In this document: positions 27,561 to 37,061 of the stretch, in pieces
Position numbering within the stretch: the first letter of the stretch is position 1
Layout of the letters: each line of letters opens with the position of its first letter
Assembly (NCBI GenBank): GCA_965243025.1
Contig: CBDETY010000003.1
Span: 3,072,001 to 3,136,000 of the forward strand
Direction: 5' to 3'
Length of the DNA: 64,000 nucleotides
DNA from: Candidatus Latescibacterota bacterium
GTDB lineage: Bacteria; Latescibacterota; UBA2968; UBA8231
The notes under the pieces: model-generated
Seen by the model: the letters and a program-made list of their open reading frames with translations, nothing else
Told to the model about the DNA's origin: nothing
Database searches by the model: none
Translations under genes and position numbers: made by a program

Positions 27561-28390
27561 CAGGCCGGAGCTCACCTCTGCTTGTATCCGAGGTCGCCAC
27601 CCTCCAACAGGGCCTGTGGCTGTAAATGTTTCAAAATTCCGTGTATTCATCTTCTTCTGAAACAAATCCCCCCTCGCCCGCTCTTATTGTTCCAAAAGCC
27701 ACACAATTTTCCATTCCTGGTTTGTCCGTCGGATACAGTCGGACGAAGGAGCCAAACCATGAAAAGCTTGCCATTTCACCGTGCTGAGTTTCCTCCTGTT
27801 GACGGCGTCGAATGCCATGGCGGAGAACGAGGTAGAAATCCTGGCGGTTTCAGTACCCATCCTAGCTTTAGCCGGTCTGTTCGTCTTTCTCACTCTGAGG
27901 TATTACTTCCAGAGCAAGGTCCAGAGAGCCGCGATCGAGAAGGGCCAGCCGGTTCCTCTTCGTCAGCCGGCTGATGCCCGCAAGCCAGGGTTGATCCTTA
28001 TCGCGCTGGGCCTTGGCTACGTGGTTGTTGCTTCTTCCGGGGTCGGCGGTCCTCTTCCAAGCGGTCCCCTTCCAAGCGGTCTCCTTCCAAATGGTGCATG
28101 CGGCTTCATCCCTCTGTTCATCGGCATCAGCTTGCTGGTATTCCACTATCTGAAGGTCAAAGACGACAGGTCGTACGAGGAGAAACCCGAGGTTTCCGGA
28201 GGAAATGCCGCCGCCAGCCCCCCAGCGACCCGTTCCGCATCGGATTCCCAGGACGCTTAGGAATGCAGATCCCAGGGGTTCTGACAGGAATCGCTGCTGA
28301 GCCGGATCGCCGGGCAGAATCGGCGTCCTGATGGCGACATATTTCTGCGACCGGACGTCAGTTTTGAAAAACAGGAGGGACTATCTCACA
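27561..28390. repeat. Diverged duplicate of 30136-32048 lacking ~1.1 kb (sigma and anti-sigma genes)
   Basis: 27561-27611 matches 30136-30186 and is joined directly to a match of 31309-32048. Confidence 0.85.
27759..28260 (+). pseudogene. Paralog of the 31453 membrane protein, frameshifted after codon ~5, with GPLPS triplication
   Basis: 'ccatttcacc' vs 'ccattcatc' (+1 nt); 15-bp unit x3 at ~28048-28092. Confidence 0.7.
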
Positions 28391-28411
28391 GTCATCGGTC
28401 CGAGGGACAGA

Positions 28412-28993
28412 TCACCCTTGCTTGGTGACCCGGTCTCCGACACGGATCGTTCCGCTCTCGACGACCCGCGTGTTGATGCCGCGCAGGCACATCTTCCTGC
28501 CTTCGTCGGAGTTGACCAGGAGCATCGCATCCAGGCCGAATCGCTCGACGAATTTCTTGCAGCCGGTGTGCGGAACGGGCGTGACCTCCAGAACTGCCGA
28601 GCCGATTGCGAGCCGCGTCCCCGCCGGCAGGTTGTCGAGACTGAGGTCGAGGTCGATGAACAGCTGATCGCCCGCCAGCGGCCAGCGCTCCCGGCTGCCG
28701 GCGACCAGATCGGCGACCCGGGCGTTCATGACGGTCACCTGCGCATCCGGGTTGGCGTCCCGCGGAGGTGTCGCGAGTTCGCCCCGGGTCCGCCAGTTGT
28801 CCCCTGCCAAACCCTCGTCAACGTCGAGTTTCCCTTCCCGCAGAAGTTCCCGCTCTCCGATCTGCGGCCGCCGCGAAATCAACAGCAGCGTTCCCTCGTC
28901 GGCAGGGGATTGGCGAATGTGCGCGAGCTCGTTCAGCTCCCGTGACGAGAGGTGTTTCGTTTCCATTGCCATCGTCCTTTTGTGAGGCGCCAT
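28412..28993 (-). CDS. MOSC domain protein
   Basis: 'GLAGDNW', 'LAGDQLFID', 'PHTGCKKF', 'RGINTRV...GDRV'. Confidence 0.88.
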   Translation of the reverse strand: MAPHKRTMAMETKHLSSRELNELAHIRQSPADEGTLLLISRRPQIGERELLREGKLDVDEGLAGDNWRTRGELATPPRDANPDAQVTVMNARVADLVAGSRERWPLAGDQLFIDLDLSLDNLPAGTRLAIGSAVLEVTPVPHTGCKKFVERFGLDAMLLVNSDEGRKMCLRGINTRVVESGTIRVGDRVTKQG

Positions 28994-29758
28994 CTACCCA
29001 CTACGCACCAATATCCCTCTCTCCATATCCTCTCTCAAGCTCGCCAGACAAAGAGCCTTAATCATCCCCGCCAGAAACAATCCGAAATCCTCTTCCAACC
29101 GATAGCCGTCCCTGTCCTGTACCAACAGCCCCGCTTCCATCAGTTTGCCAAGTGCATCCGTCAGTGCCTGCTCGGACCCGGCCAGTTCTGCCGCCAACAG
29201 TGGAGCGAAATTTTGTGGGCCTTTCAGAAGGAAGAAAGCGACGGGCCAGCACTCGGGCTCCACGAGGGTGCGGAGAATTTCCATCATGTTTGACGATGGC
29301 AGGTCTTCTTCCAGTGCCTCGCCCCCGGCAAAGCACACCAGGCCGCTGCGGCTCCAAAAACTCAGGCCCTCAAGTCCCTTGTCCGGATGCGACAGTTGAT
29401 AGGAGATGTTTCTGTCCTGATTCGTCATATCGCAAGTGGGGATCAGGAGCCCCAGTGCCGTCATCAGAGCGGCATGTCGTTCCTTCTTGTCTCTCAGGCC
29501 GCTGATACGCTGTGCCAACTTTGCGCCGACCGTTTCAATCCCGAGCTCACTGTCGATCCCCAACATTGCATCCGCCGAAGTGCCCAGCGTTTTGCACAAG
29601 GCTGGCAACGTGCCCACATCGGGCAGGGACTCGCCGTTCTCCCACTTGGAAACGGCCTGCGGACTGACGAACAGGTCGTTCCCCAGCTGTTCCTGAGTGA
29701 ACCCCTGATGCTTCCGCCGCTCCTGTATCCTTCGTCCAAGCGCTACCGGGTCAATCAT
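28994..29758 (-). CDS. XRE-family HTH transcriptional regulator
   Basis: 'TQEQLG...VSPQAVSKWENGESLPD'; CAAnnnnTGGTTG palindromes upstream at 29799-29811 and 29878-29890. Confidence 0.9.
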   Translation of the reverse strand: MIDPVALGRRIQERRKHQGFTQEQLGNDLFVSPQAVSKWENGESLPDVGTLPALCKTLGTSADAMLGIDSELGIETVGAKLAQRISGLRDKKERHAALMTALGLLIPTCDMTNQDRNISYQLSHPDKGLEGLSFWSRSGLVCFAGGEALEEDLPSSNMMEILRTLVEPECWPVAFFLLKGPQNFAPLLAAELAGSEQALTDALGKLMEAGLLVQDRDGYRLEEDFGLFLAGMIKALCLASLREDMERGILVRSG

Positions 29759-30146
29759 CGCGCGCTATCTCCTTGCCCTGACCTGCAACATCCTCCATCA
29801 AGCGATGGTTGTAGTTACCGCACAACCAGAATAGCGCATTTACCAGGTTGTCGGCATTGAGCAACGCGGAAGGAGGTCAACTGTTGGTTGAGCTGTGCCC
29901 CAGGTCAGGACGCTGGCTGCTCGAAGGCGCGAACGGCGCGCACACGGGGTGAAGTTCGGACGCCGGCTGCCGATGATGTGCTTGCCCACGGGCGGGCCGT
30001 CGATGCAAGGCGGCTTCCGCGGGTTGGTCTACCGATGGCCGGATCGAGGCCGGATATGTTACCACCGCGGAGATAAATCAGGTGACCGCCACAAGCGGCG
30101 CATGGGCCGAACTCGGCGGAAGACACCCATGGAACCAGGCCGGAAC

Positions 30147-30689
30147 TCACCTCTGCTTGTATCCGAGGCCGCCTTCCTCCACCAGGGTATACAGTCCCCA
30201 TATCATGATGGAGGCGCCGACGGCCGCGCTCACCGGAAGAGCGCCGACCTGACCGAACGCGCCCGCCCATAGCACGGCTTGCCCTTCCAGCCAGGCACTC
30301 TGTACGAGAAGCACCTCCCTGGTTGCATCCACTGATGCTGTTACCGTTGAGTGCAGGACATCCGTGCCGCCGAGGTGTTTCGTGAATCCGTAGAGCAGGG
30401 CAGCCGCCGAGGCCGCGTATCCGATACTCTCCAGCACCCGCAATGGTGAGAGGGCCACGTACACTCTCTCTTGCCGGAAGTTCCTCAGAAGCCGCTCGGT
30501 GAAAGCGGCCGACAGTCCTTCGTGCCTTTGTTTCGACAAGATGTCATCGAGCAGGCGGTCGGCGGAAAACTCGCGGCTGCACGGGCTGCACTCGCGCAGA
30601 TGTCGTTCGACGGCTCCTCTGTCGGCAGGCCTCAATGCGCCAACAGAAAAATCCTCAAAGAGCTCCTTGGCCCGGTGGCAATCCATCAT
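30147..30689 (-). CDS. Zinc-finger (ZAS) anti-sigma factor, membrane anchored
   Basis: 'HLRECSPC' HxxxCxxC; two hydrophobic segments; 4-nt overlap with the sigma gene. Confidence 0.88.
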   Translation of the reverse strand: MMDCHRAKELFEDFSVGALRPADRGAVERHLRECSPCSREFSADRLLDDILSKQRHEGLSAAFTERLLRNFRQERVYVALSPLRVLESIGYAASAAALLYGFTKHLGGTDVLHSTVTASVDATREVLLVQSAWLEGQAVLWAGAFGQVGALPVSAAVGASIMIWGLYTLVEEGGLGYKQR

Positions 30690-31255
30690 GTCACATATCC
30701 TCCGTCGATGGCGCGCGCTCTCAGGAACTGCTTCGCCCGATGCAGGCAGGTCTTCACTGTACCCATCGGGATGCCCATGATGTCCGCAATCTCCCTGTAC
30801 TTCCTGTCCTCCACATAGTAGAGAGATACGGCCATCCTGTATTGAGGCGGCAGCTCATCCATCCAGCGCCCTACTGCTTCCTCGATTTCAGCCTTTTCGC
30901 CGTTGTCTTCCCTGACCCTGTCGCCCGTGCTGTTCTCCCGGTGATGCCAACTTCCCGTTTCGTCATCCCACTGGACCTGGTTGCGGCGGTGTCGGCGCCG
31001 CTGCAGCTCCCGGAGGCAGACCCGGTGGGTAATCCGGTAGATCCAGGTGGAAAGCCTCGCTTCGCCGCGAAACCGGGGCAGACCCCGAAATACTCTCAGG
31101 AATACTTCCTGGGTCAGATCTTCCGTCGCATCGCTGTCCCCCGTCATTCGGTACACGATATTCGAGACCCTGCTCTTGTGTTGATCCACGAGTTCAGCCA
31201 ACGCCTTTTCATCTCCTCTTCGACAGCGACTGATGAGGGTTCTTTCATCCTGCAC
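30686..31255 (-). CDS. ECF RNA polymerase sigma factor
   Basis: 'EDLTQEVFL', 'STWIYRI', 'YREIADIMGIPMGTVKT.LHRA'. Confidence 0.95.
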   Translation of the reverse strand: MQDERTLISRCRRGDEKALAELVDQHKSRVSNIVYRMTGDSDATEDLTQEVFLRVFRGLPRFRGEARLSTWIYRITHRVCLRELQRRRHRRNQVQWDDETGSWHHRENSTGDRVREDNGEKAEIEEAVGRWMDELPPQYRMAVSLYYVEDRKYREIADIMGIPMGTVKTCLHRAKQFLRARAIDGGYVT

Positions 31256-31301
31256 GGAGAGTTTCCCTGTGTGCGTTTTGTGCCGCCATTACCCTACTAT
31301 A

Positions 31302-31381
31302 TAGAGCTCCTGTGGCTGGAAATGTTTCAAAATGTCCTGCATTCATCTTCTTCTGAAACAAATCCGCCCTGTCCCGCTCTA
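31302..31381. promoter_or_regulatory. Back-to-back ECF promoters TGAAACA-N15-GCTCTA
   Basis: Minus-strand copy at 31302-31329 and plus-strand copy at 31354-31381, with identical boxes and spacing. Confidence 0.75.
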
Positions 31382-31452
31382 ATTGTTGCGAATCCCACAC
31401 CATTTTCCATTCTGGTTGTCCGTCTGATACGGTCGGACGAAGGAGCAAAACC

Positions 31453-31920
31453 ATGAAAAGCTTGCCATTCATCGTGCTGAGTTTCCTCCTGCTGACGGCG
31501 TCGAATGCCATGGCGGGGAACGAGGTAGAAATCCTGGCGGTTTCGATACCCATCGTGGCTGTTGCCGGTCTGTTCGTCTTTCTCACTCTGAGGTATTACT
31601 TCCAGAGCAAGGTCCAGAGAGCCGCGATCGAGAAGGGCCAGCCGGTTCCTCTCAGTCAGCCGACTGATGCCCGCAAGCCAGGGTTGATCCTGATCGCGGT
31701 GGGCCTTGGCTACGTGATTGCTGCTTCCGGGTTCGGCGGTCCCCTTCCTCCAGGTGCATGGGGCATCATCCCTCTGCTCATCGGCATCAGCTTGCTGGTA
31801 TTCCACTATCTGAAGGTCAAAGAGGACAGGTCGTACGAGGAGAAACACGAGGCCTCCGGAGGGAATGCCGCCGCCAGCCCGCCAGCGACCCGTACCGCAT
31901 CGGATACTCAGGACGCTTAG
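31453..31920 (+). CDS. Membrane protein, DUF6249-like
   Basis: AGGAG RBS; signal-like N-terminus, TM, 'RAAIEKG', 'GLILIAVGLG', 'GIIPLLIGISLL'. Confidence 0.75.
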   Translation: MKSLPFIVLSFLLLTASNAMAGNEVEILAVSIPIVAVAGLFVFLTLRYYFQSKVQRAAIEKGQPVPLSQPTDARKPGLILIAVGLGYVIAASGFGGPLPPGAWGIIPLLIGISLLVFHYLKVKEDRSYEEKHEASGGNAAASPPATRTASDTQDA

Positions 31921-32047
31921 GACTGCAGCTCCCAGGGGTTCTGGCAGGACTCGCTGCAGCCGGATCGCCGGGCACAATCGGCGTCCCGATGGCGACATAT
32001 TTCTGCGACCGGACATCAGCTTCGGTAAAACAGGAGGACTTTCTCAC

Positions 32048-33169
32048 ATGGCTCAGGTTCTGTCTCAACGCACCGTCGTCCGCGACGGATGGCACAACAT
32101 GTGTACCGACCTCTGCTTCTGGCGGGACACGTTCTGGCTGGTCTACGACCGCACTTCTGCGCACTCGGCGCCCGACGGGGTCGTCGTCCTGCTGCGGTCG
32201 GCGGACCTGGGGCGGTGGGACGAAGTCGCCGTCTTCAGGACGCCCAACGACGCCAGGGACGCGAAGCTGGCGGCCACCGACGACGAGCTCTTCGTGTACT
32301 GCGCGGACAGCAGGCATGAACCGGTCGCCGGACAGAAGCGGGAGGTAATCCACTCCTACGTCTTCGTTTCAGACGACGGGTACAGGTGGTCGGCGCGGAC
32401 GGGGATATCCGGCAGAAACTACTGGATGTGGCGCGTGCGGCTGCACGAAGGGGTATTCTACTGCGCCGAGAAAGGGGGCGAGCTGCTGTCGAGCCGGGAC
32501 GGCCGCAGCTGGACCTTGGTCTCGAGGATTCCCTCCGACCCCGAGGGCGCGAGCCCGGAGGAACTGCGGGAAACCCGGGCGCTCGACCACCGCTCGACGC
32601 CGAGGTTCAACGAAGCCGACGTCATCTTCCGCCCCGACGGCGAGCTGTGGTGCGTCTCCCGGACGAAGCGGGAGTCCGGCCAGCATTCGCTTCTCTACAC
32701 GTCCCCTCCCCCCTACCAGGAGTGGTCCTGCGTGGACCTCGAGACGATGATCCACTGCCCGGCGCTGTGCGAATCCGGAGGGAAGGTGTACGTCGCCGGG
32801 CGCCGCGATCCCACCGCGCCGTGGATTCCGCAGCACTCGCCGGCGGGCAACACCGGGATTTTCCAGCTGGACCGGGACGGCCTGACGCCGGTGTTCGCGC
32901 TGCCGAGCGACGGCGACGCCGCCTATCCGGGTCTGCTGTCGCTCGAGGCCGGCAGGCTGATCATCAGCTACTACTCGCAGCACGCCTATCTGAGCGGCGC
33001 CCTCGAGGGGGAGAAGAAGCGCCTGCACTACATCGAGCGCTGGGGTGCTCTCCGCCGGGAGGCGCCTCCGCCCGGCTACGGCGAGCTGTCGTACTCGATG
33101 TCCGGGCCCGCCGATATCTTCGTGGCCGAAATCGACCTGGAGGCCGAGAACAGGGCCGCGTCGTTCTGA
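32048..33169 (+). CDS. BNR/sialidase-like beta-propeller protein
   Basis: GGAGG RBS; 'HNMCTDL', Asp-boxes 'SDDGYRW' and 'SRDGRSW', 'GDAAYPG'. Confidence 0.8.
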   Translation: MAQVLSQRTVVRDGWHNMCTDLCFWRDTFWLVYDRTSAHSAPDGVVVLLRSADLGRWDEVAVFRTPNDARDAKLAATDDELFVYCADSRHEPVAGQKREVIHSYVFVSDDGYRWSARTGISGRNYWMWRVRLHEGVFYCAEKGGELLSSRDGRSWTLVSRIPSDPEGASPEELRETRALDHRSTPRFNEADVIFRPDGELWCVSRTKRESGQHSLLYTSPPPYQEWSCVDLETMIHCPALCESGGKVYVAGRRDPTAPWIPQHSPAGNTGIFQLDRDGLTPVFALPSDGDAAYPGLLSLEAGRLIISYYSQHAYLSGALEGEKKRLHYIERWGALRREAPPPGYGELSYSMSGPADIFVAEIDLEAENRAASF

Positions 33170-33253
33170 CAATCTGAATGTCGAGTGCGGGTCTCCCGGC
33201 GCTGATCGTCTGGTGTCCGATGCACCGCGTGTCGTCTTTCAACGACCACCATC

Positions 33254-34384
33254 ATGAAAATCCAGACAATCCAGGCCTTCCCCCTGGCCTATCCCGAGCC
33301 CCACTACAAGGGGACCGAGCGCTACATCACCCTCGTCCGCATCGAGGGCGAGGACGGCCTGGTCGGCTGGGGCGAATGCATATCGCAGTTCCGCGAGGCG
33401 TCCCTGGCGGCCCGGCTCATCGTCGAGCAGGGCCTGGCCCCTCTCCTGGTCGGCGGGAACGCCCTCGATGTCGAACGCCACTGGCATGCGATGCGCGGCC
33501 ACGTCTGGTGGTACGGTCCCGAGGGCATCGCCGCCTTCGCCATCAGCGCCGTCGACATGGCCCTGTGGGACCTCGCCGGCAAAGCGCTCGGACAGCCCGT
33601 CTGCCGGTTGCTCGGCGGCCAGCTCCACGACAAGGTCGTCGCCATGGCCTCGTTCGTCTTCGACATGGAAGACGTCGACTGGACCCTCGACGAGTTCCGC
33701 TGGCTCAGATCGCAGGGCTACCGTGTAGTCAAGGCAGGTTGGGGCATGCGGCCGGAAGCCGTCTTCGGGCTGGACCGCAAGAAGGACATCGACATGGTCC
33801 GCCGGGTGCGCGAAGTCATCGGCGACGACCTCGAGCTCGTCGTCGACACCCCGGGCGCGCGCAATCTCTGGGACCTCAATACCGCGATCCAGCGCTTCGG
33901 CGACCTCGAACCCTACCGCCTGCGCTGGATCGAGCAGCCCCTGCTGCCCTCCGACCTCGACGCCCACGCCCGGCTGCGCGACGCAACCTCGACCCCGATC
34001 GGCACCGGCGAGGACGAATGGGACCTCGAAAGCTACCGCCGCCTGATCCATTCGGGCGGCGTCGACGTCGTCCAGATGGATCCGGGCCGCTGCCACGGCA
34101 TCACCGGCTGCCGCCAGTACATCAGGCTGATCGAGGCGGAGAACCTGCAGTGGAGCGCCCATACCTGGAGCAGCGCCATCAACACCGCCGCCAGCCTGCA
34201 CCTGATGGCCAACTCGACCCGCGGGGTCGCCCTCGACTTCAAACCGCACGAGTCCCCGATGCAGCACGAGCTCGTCGCCGACCCCTGGGTGCAGGAAGCG
34301 GGCTGCCTCGCCGTCCGCGACAGACCCGGTCTCGGCGTCGAGGTCATCGAAGAGATCGTGGAGAAGTATCGCTTTGGAACCTAG
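33254..34384 (+). CDS. Mandelate racemase/muconate lactonizing enzyme family protein
   Basis: 'GWGE', 'SAVDMALWDLAGK', 'WIEQP', 'PIGTGE', 'PGLGVE'. Confidence 0.93.
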   Translation: MKIQTIQAFPLAYPEPHYKGTERYITLVRIEGEDGLVGWGECISQFREASLAARLIVEQGLAPLLVGGNALDVERHWHAMRGHVWWYGPEGIAAFAISAVDMALWDLAGKALGQPVCRLLGGQLHDKVVAMASFVFDMEDVDWTLDEFRWLRSQGYRVVKAGWGMRPEAVFGLDRKKDIDMVRRVREVIGDDLELVVDTPGARNLWDLNTAIQRFGDLEPYRLRWIEQPLLPSDLDAHARLRDATSTPIGTGEDEWDLESYRRLIHSGGVDVVQMDPGRCHGITGCRQYIRLIEAENLQWSAHTWSSAINTAASLHLMANSTRGVALDFKPHESPMQHELVADPWVQEAGCLAVRDRPGLGVEVIEEIVEKYRFGT

Positions 34385-35174
34385 ACGCGCGCTGATCACC
34401 GGCGGGGCCGGGGGCTTCGGCCTGGGCACCGCCAGGGCCCTGCTCGCCCGGGGCGCCCAAGTCGCCATCGCCGATATCGACGGCGAGAAACTGCGGGCGG
34501 CGGCCAGCGAGCTGCACAGCGATCGCGTACTGCCCCTGGTGCTCGACGTCACCTCACGGGAATCGGTTCAACAGGCCGTGGACGCCTGCCGGACGCGCTT
34601 CGGGGGCCTGGACACCCTGGTCAATTCCGCCGGCGTCATCCACTTCGGCTCCCTCGAAGAAACCACCGAGGCGGACTGGGACCGGGTCATCGACATCGAC
34701 CTCAAGGGGGTGTTCCTATGCTGCCGGGCCGCGGCCCCGCTCCTGCGCCAGAGCGGCCGCCGGGGCCGCATCGTAAACATCGGCTCGGACGTGTCCAGGA
34801 TCGGCTTCCCGCTGATCGCCTCCTACTGCGCCGCCAAGTCCGGCGTCGTCGGCCTGAGCAGGGCGCTGGCCGGCGAGCTGGCCCCCGACGGCGTCACCGT
34901 CAACTGCGTCTGTCCGGTCGGGGTGTCGACCACGGGCATGGGCCGGGAGGTGCTCGCCTACAAGCAACGGACCACCGGCGCGGCGCCCGGGGAGATCCTT
35001 GCGGCGACGGCAGCGGACATCCCGCTTGGCCGCAACCCCACCGAGGAGGACGTCGTCAACGCCATTGTGTTCTTCCTCGCCGAGGAGTCCTCCTTTCTGA
35101 CGGGAGTCGCCCTCGATGTCGACGGCGGTCTGCTCAGCACCTCGACCCTGCCCGGCGTCGACGACGGTCCGTAA
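34374..35174 (+). CDS. Short-chain dehydrogenase/reductase
   Basis: 'TGGAGGFG', 'VNSAG', 'YCAAK'. Confidence 0.93.
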   Translation: MEPRRALITGGAGGFGLGTARALLARGAQVAIADIDGEKLRAAASELHSDRVLPLVLDVTSRESVQQAVDACRTRFGGLDTLVNSAGVIHFGSLEETTEADWDRVIDIDLKGVFLCCRAAAPLLRQSGRRGRIVNIGSDVSRIGFPLIASYCAAKSGVVGLSRALAGELAPDGVTVNCVCPVGVSTTGMGREVLAYKQRTTGAAPGEILAATAADIPLGRNPTEEDVVNAIVFFLAEESSFLTGVALDVDGGLLSTSTLPGVDDGP

Positions 35175-35298
35175 AAGGATTACCTGTTCCGAGCCTGACT
35201 GATCGACTCGACTCCATCGACCCGGAGCACTTGGGAGACCGGCTCGTGAACGTCGATCGTCATGACCTCCATCCTGCGCCGCCGGCGCGGACCGTCGA

Positions 35299-36918
35299 TC
35301 AGCGGATCTCGTCGCGATTGACCGGCGTCAGCTCGCCGTCGGCGGCGCGGATGTACTGAGCGCGCATCCTCGACTCGAAGCTGTCGTAGTACACGTAGAG
35401 CACCAGGCCGGGGCGCACCTCGAGCATCGAGCCCATGACCCAGATCGAGCTGTCGATGATCGAACCCTGCCAGCTCGCGCCGCCGTCGAAGCTGGCGTGC
35501 ACCGTCATCAGGGGCAGGCGGTGGGCGACCAGCAGCGCTCCGGTGCTGGTCTTGAGCATGTTCGGGGTCGCGTAGCCCGGAAACGGCCCGCGCATGCACG
35601 GGCTCCAGGTGAGGCCGCCGTCCCGCGACCACGTTTCCCACATCCACGGCGAGTAGATCGGCCGGATGAGCGCCACCATGCTCCCGGGGGACGCCTCCGC
35701 GCCGCACACCTCGGTGAGGTCGAGGGAGCCGTCCACCGGCTCCCCCCTGCCGTTGACGGCGTGGTCGATGTTGACGAGCGGCGACCAGGTGGCGCCGCTG
35801 TCGGTCGAGCGGCAGGTGAAGGCGCGGCAGTGGTTGGACCCCCAGGTGTGGATCAGCTCGGGGCCGGCCCCGGACTCGTGGCTGCCGTACAGGAACATTA
35901 CCACGGCGCCGTCGCCGAGGTTGGCGAAAACCTGGGGTCCCATGTGCAGGGCGTTCATTCCCTCCGGCACGGGTCCGATGTCGAGGGCGCGCGGCGGACC
36001 GATGGAGCCGATGTCGTCCGACACATCGGCCAGGGCGTACCTGCCGTCCTCGTCTATGGAGAGCCGCCGCACCCGCCCGTCGGGAAACCGGTGCATGGTG
36101 CCGCGGACGGTCCAGGGATCGGCCTCAACCGTGCCGGTGACCTCCGGTGCGCTCCAGGTCCTGCCGTCGTCGGCCGAGCGGGTCATCAGGTGGCTGGTGG
36201 GTCCCGCCGAACCCCGCCGGCTCCCGCTGAAGGTGAGCACCAGCTCGCCGCTGCCGGCGCGCAGCAAGGTCTGCGGCTTCTGCCAGGTGCCGTGGGTGTC
36301 GTCCTCGACGGGATGGAACCAGTTGGTGGGCTGCTCGACCGAGTCGACCCAGCCGGCGCCGGGTGCCGGCTCGCCGTCGATACGGACGGCGCGAACGCTG
36401 GCGCGGCCGAAGATGAACAGCCCGACGCAGCCGGCCCCTTCCGGCAGGCCCCGGTGCTCGAAGACGCCGCGGCCGTCGATCAGGGCGCGCACCTCGCCGC
36501 CGCGCACCTCCACCTCGACGTCGTGCCAGATGCCGGTGCTCGAGGCGACCCGGTTGACCATGGCGAGCCGGTCGACGCGCAGGAAGCCGCTCGCGTCCAT
36601 GCGCGACAGAACCGTCCAGAAGTGCTGCGCCCGGTAAGCCTGGCCGCAGCAGGGGAAGTGCAGCAGGGTGAAGTCGCACCGGTTGCGCGCCCGGAAGATC
36701 AGGCCGACGTCGCTGTGCGCCATGTCGTGGCGCGCCTGGAAGGTGGCGCGGAAGTCCCGGTACGAGGTGTCGGCGGCGAACGCGAACCGGCACCCCTGCA
36801 TGCCGCGCCCGCTGTCGGCGTCGATGGCGTCGACCGGCTCCATTCCCCCGTCTCCGCCCGCCCGCCATTCGCCGCCGGCAAAAGACCACGCCCGGGCCTC
36901 GCTGAGGTCAAAGTTCAT
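35299..36918 (-). CDS. Sialidase-like BNR protein with N-terminal lectin/DUF1080-like domain
   Basis: Asp-boxes 'SADDGRTW', 'STDSGATW', 'SRDGGLTW', 'SFDGGASW'; GGAG RBS. Confidence 0.8.
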   Translation of the reverse strand: MNFDLSEARAWSFAGGEWRAGGDGGMEPVDAIDADSGRGMQGCRFAFAADTSYRDFRATFQARHDMAHSDVGLIFRARNRCDFTLLHFPCCGQAYRAQHFWTVLSRMDASGFLRVDRLAMVNRVASSTGIWHDVEVEVRGGEVRALIDGRGVFEHRGLPEGAGCVGLFIFGRASVRAVRIDGEPAPGAGWVDSVEQPTNWFHPVEDDTHGTWQKPQTLLRAGSGELVLTFSGSRRGSAGPTSHLMTRSADDGRTWSAPEVTGTVEADPWTVRGTMHRFPDGRVRRLSIDEDGRYALADVSDDIGSIGPPRALDIGPVPEGMNALHMGPQVFANLGDGAVVMFLYGSHESGAGPELIHTWGSNHCRAFTCRSTDSGATWSPLVNIDHAVNGRGEPVDGSLDLTEVCGAEASPGSMVALIRPIYSPWMWETWSRDGGLTWSPCMRGPFPGYATPNMLKTSTGALLVAHRLPLMTVHASFDGGASWQGSIIDSSIWVMGSMLEVRPGLVLYVYYDSFESRMRAQYIRAADGELTPVNRDEIR

Positions 36919-37061
36919 CGTGCTCCTCCGAGGTCAATAAGTTGAAATGAGACAGTGCAGACCGCATCCCGCGCAGAATGCCGGCCTTCGGTGCGTTCCG
37001 CCGGGGCCGCGGAAATCGCGGTCCGTTCAGCGCACCGCGCACAGGCGGAGCAAGCCGCCGT

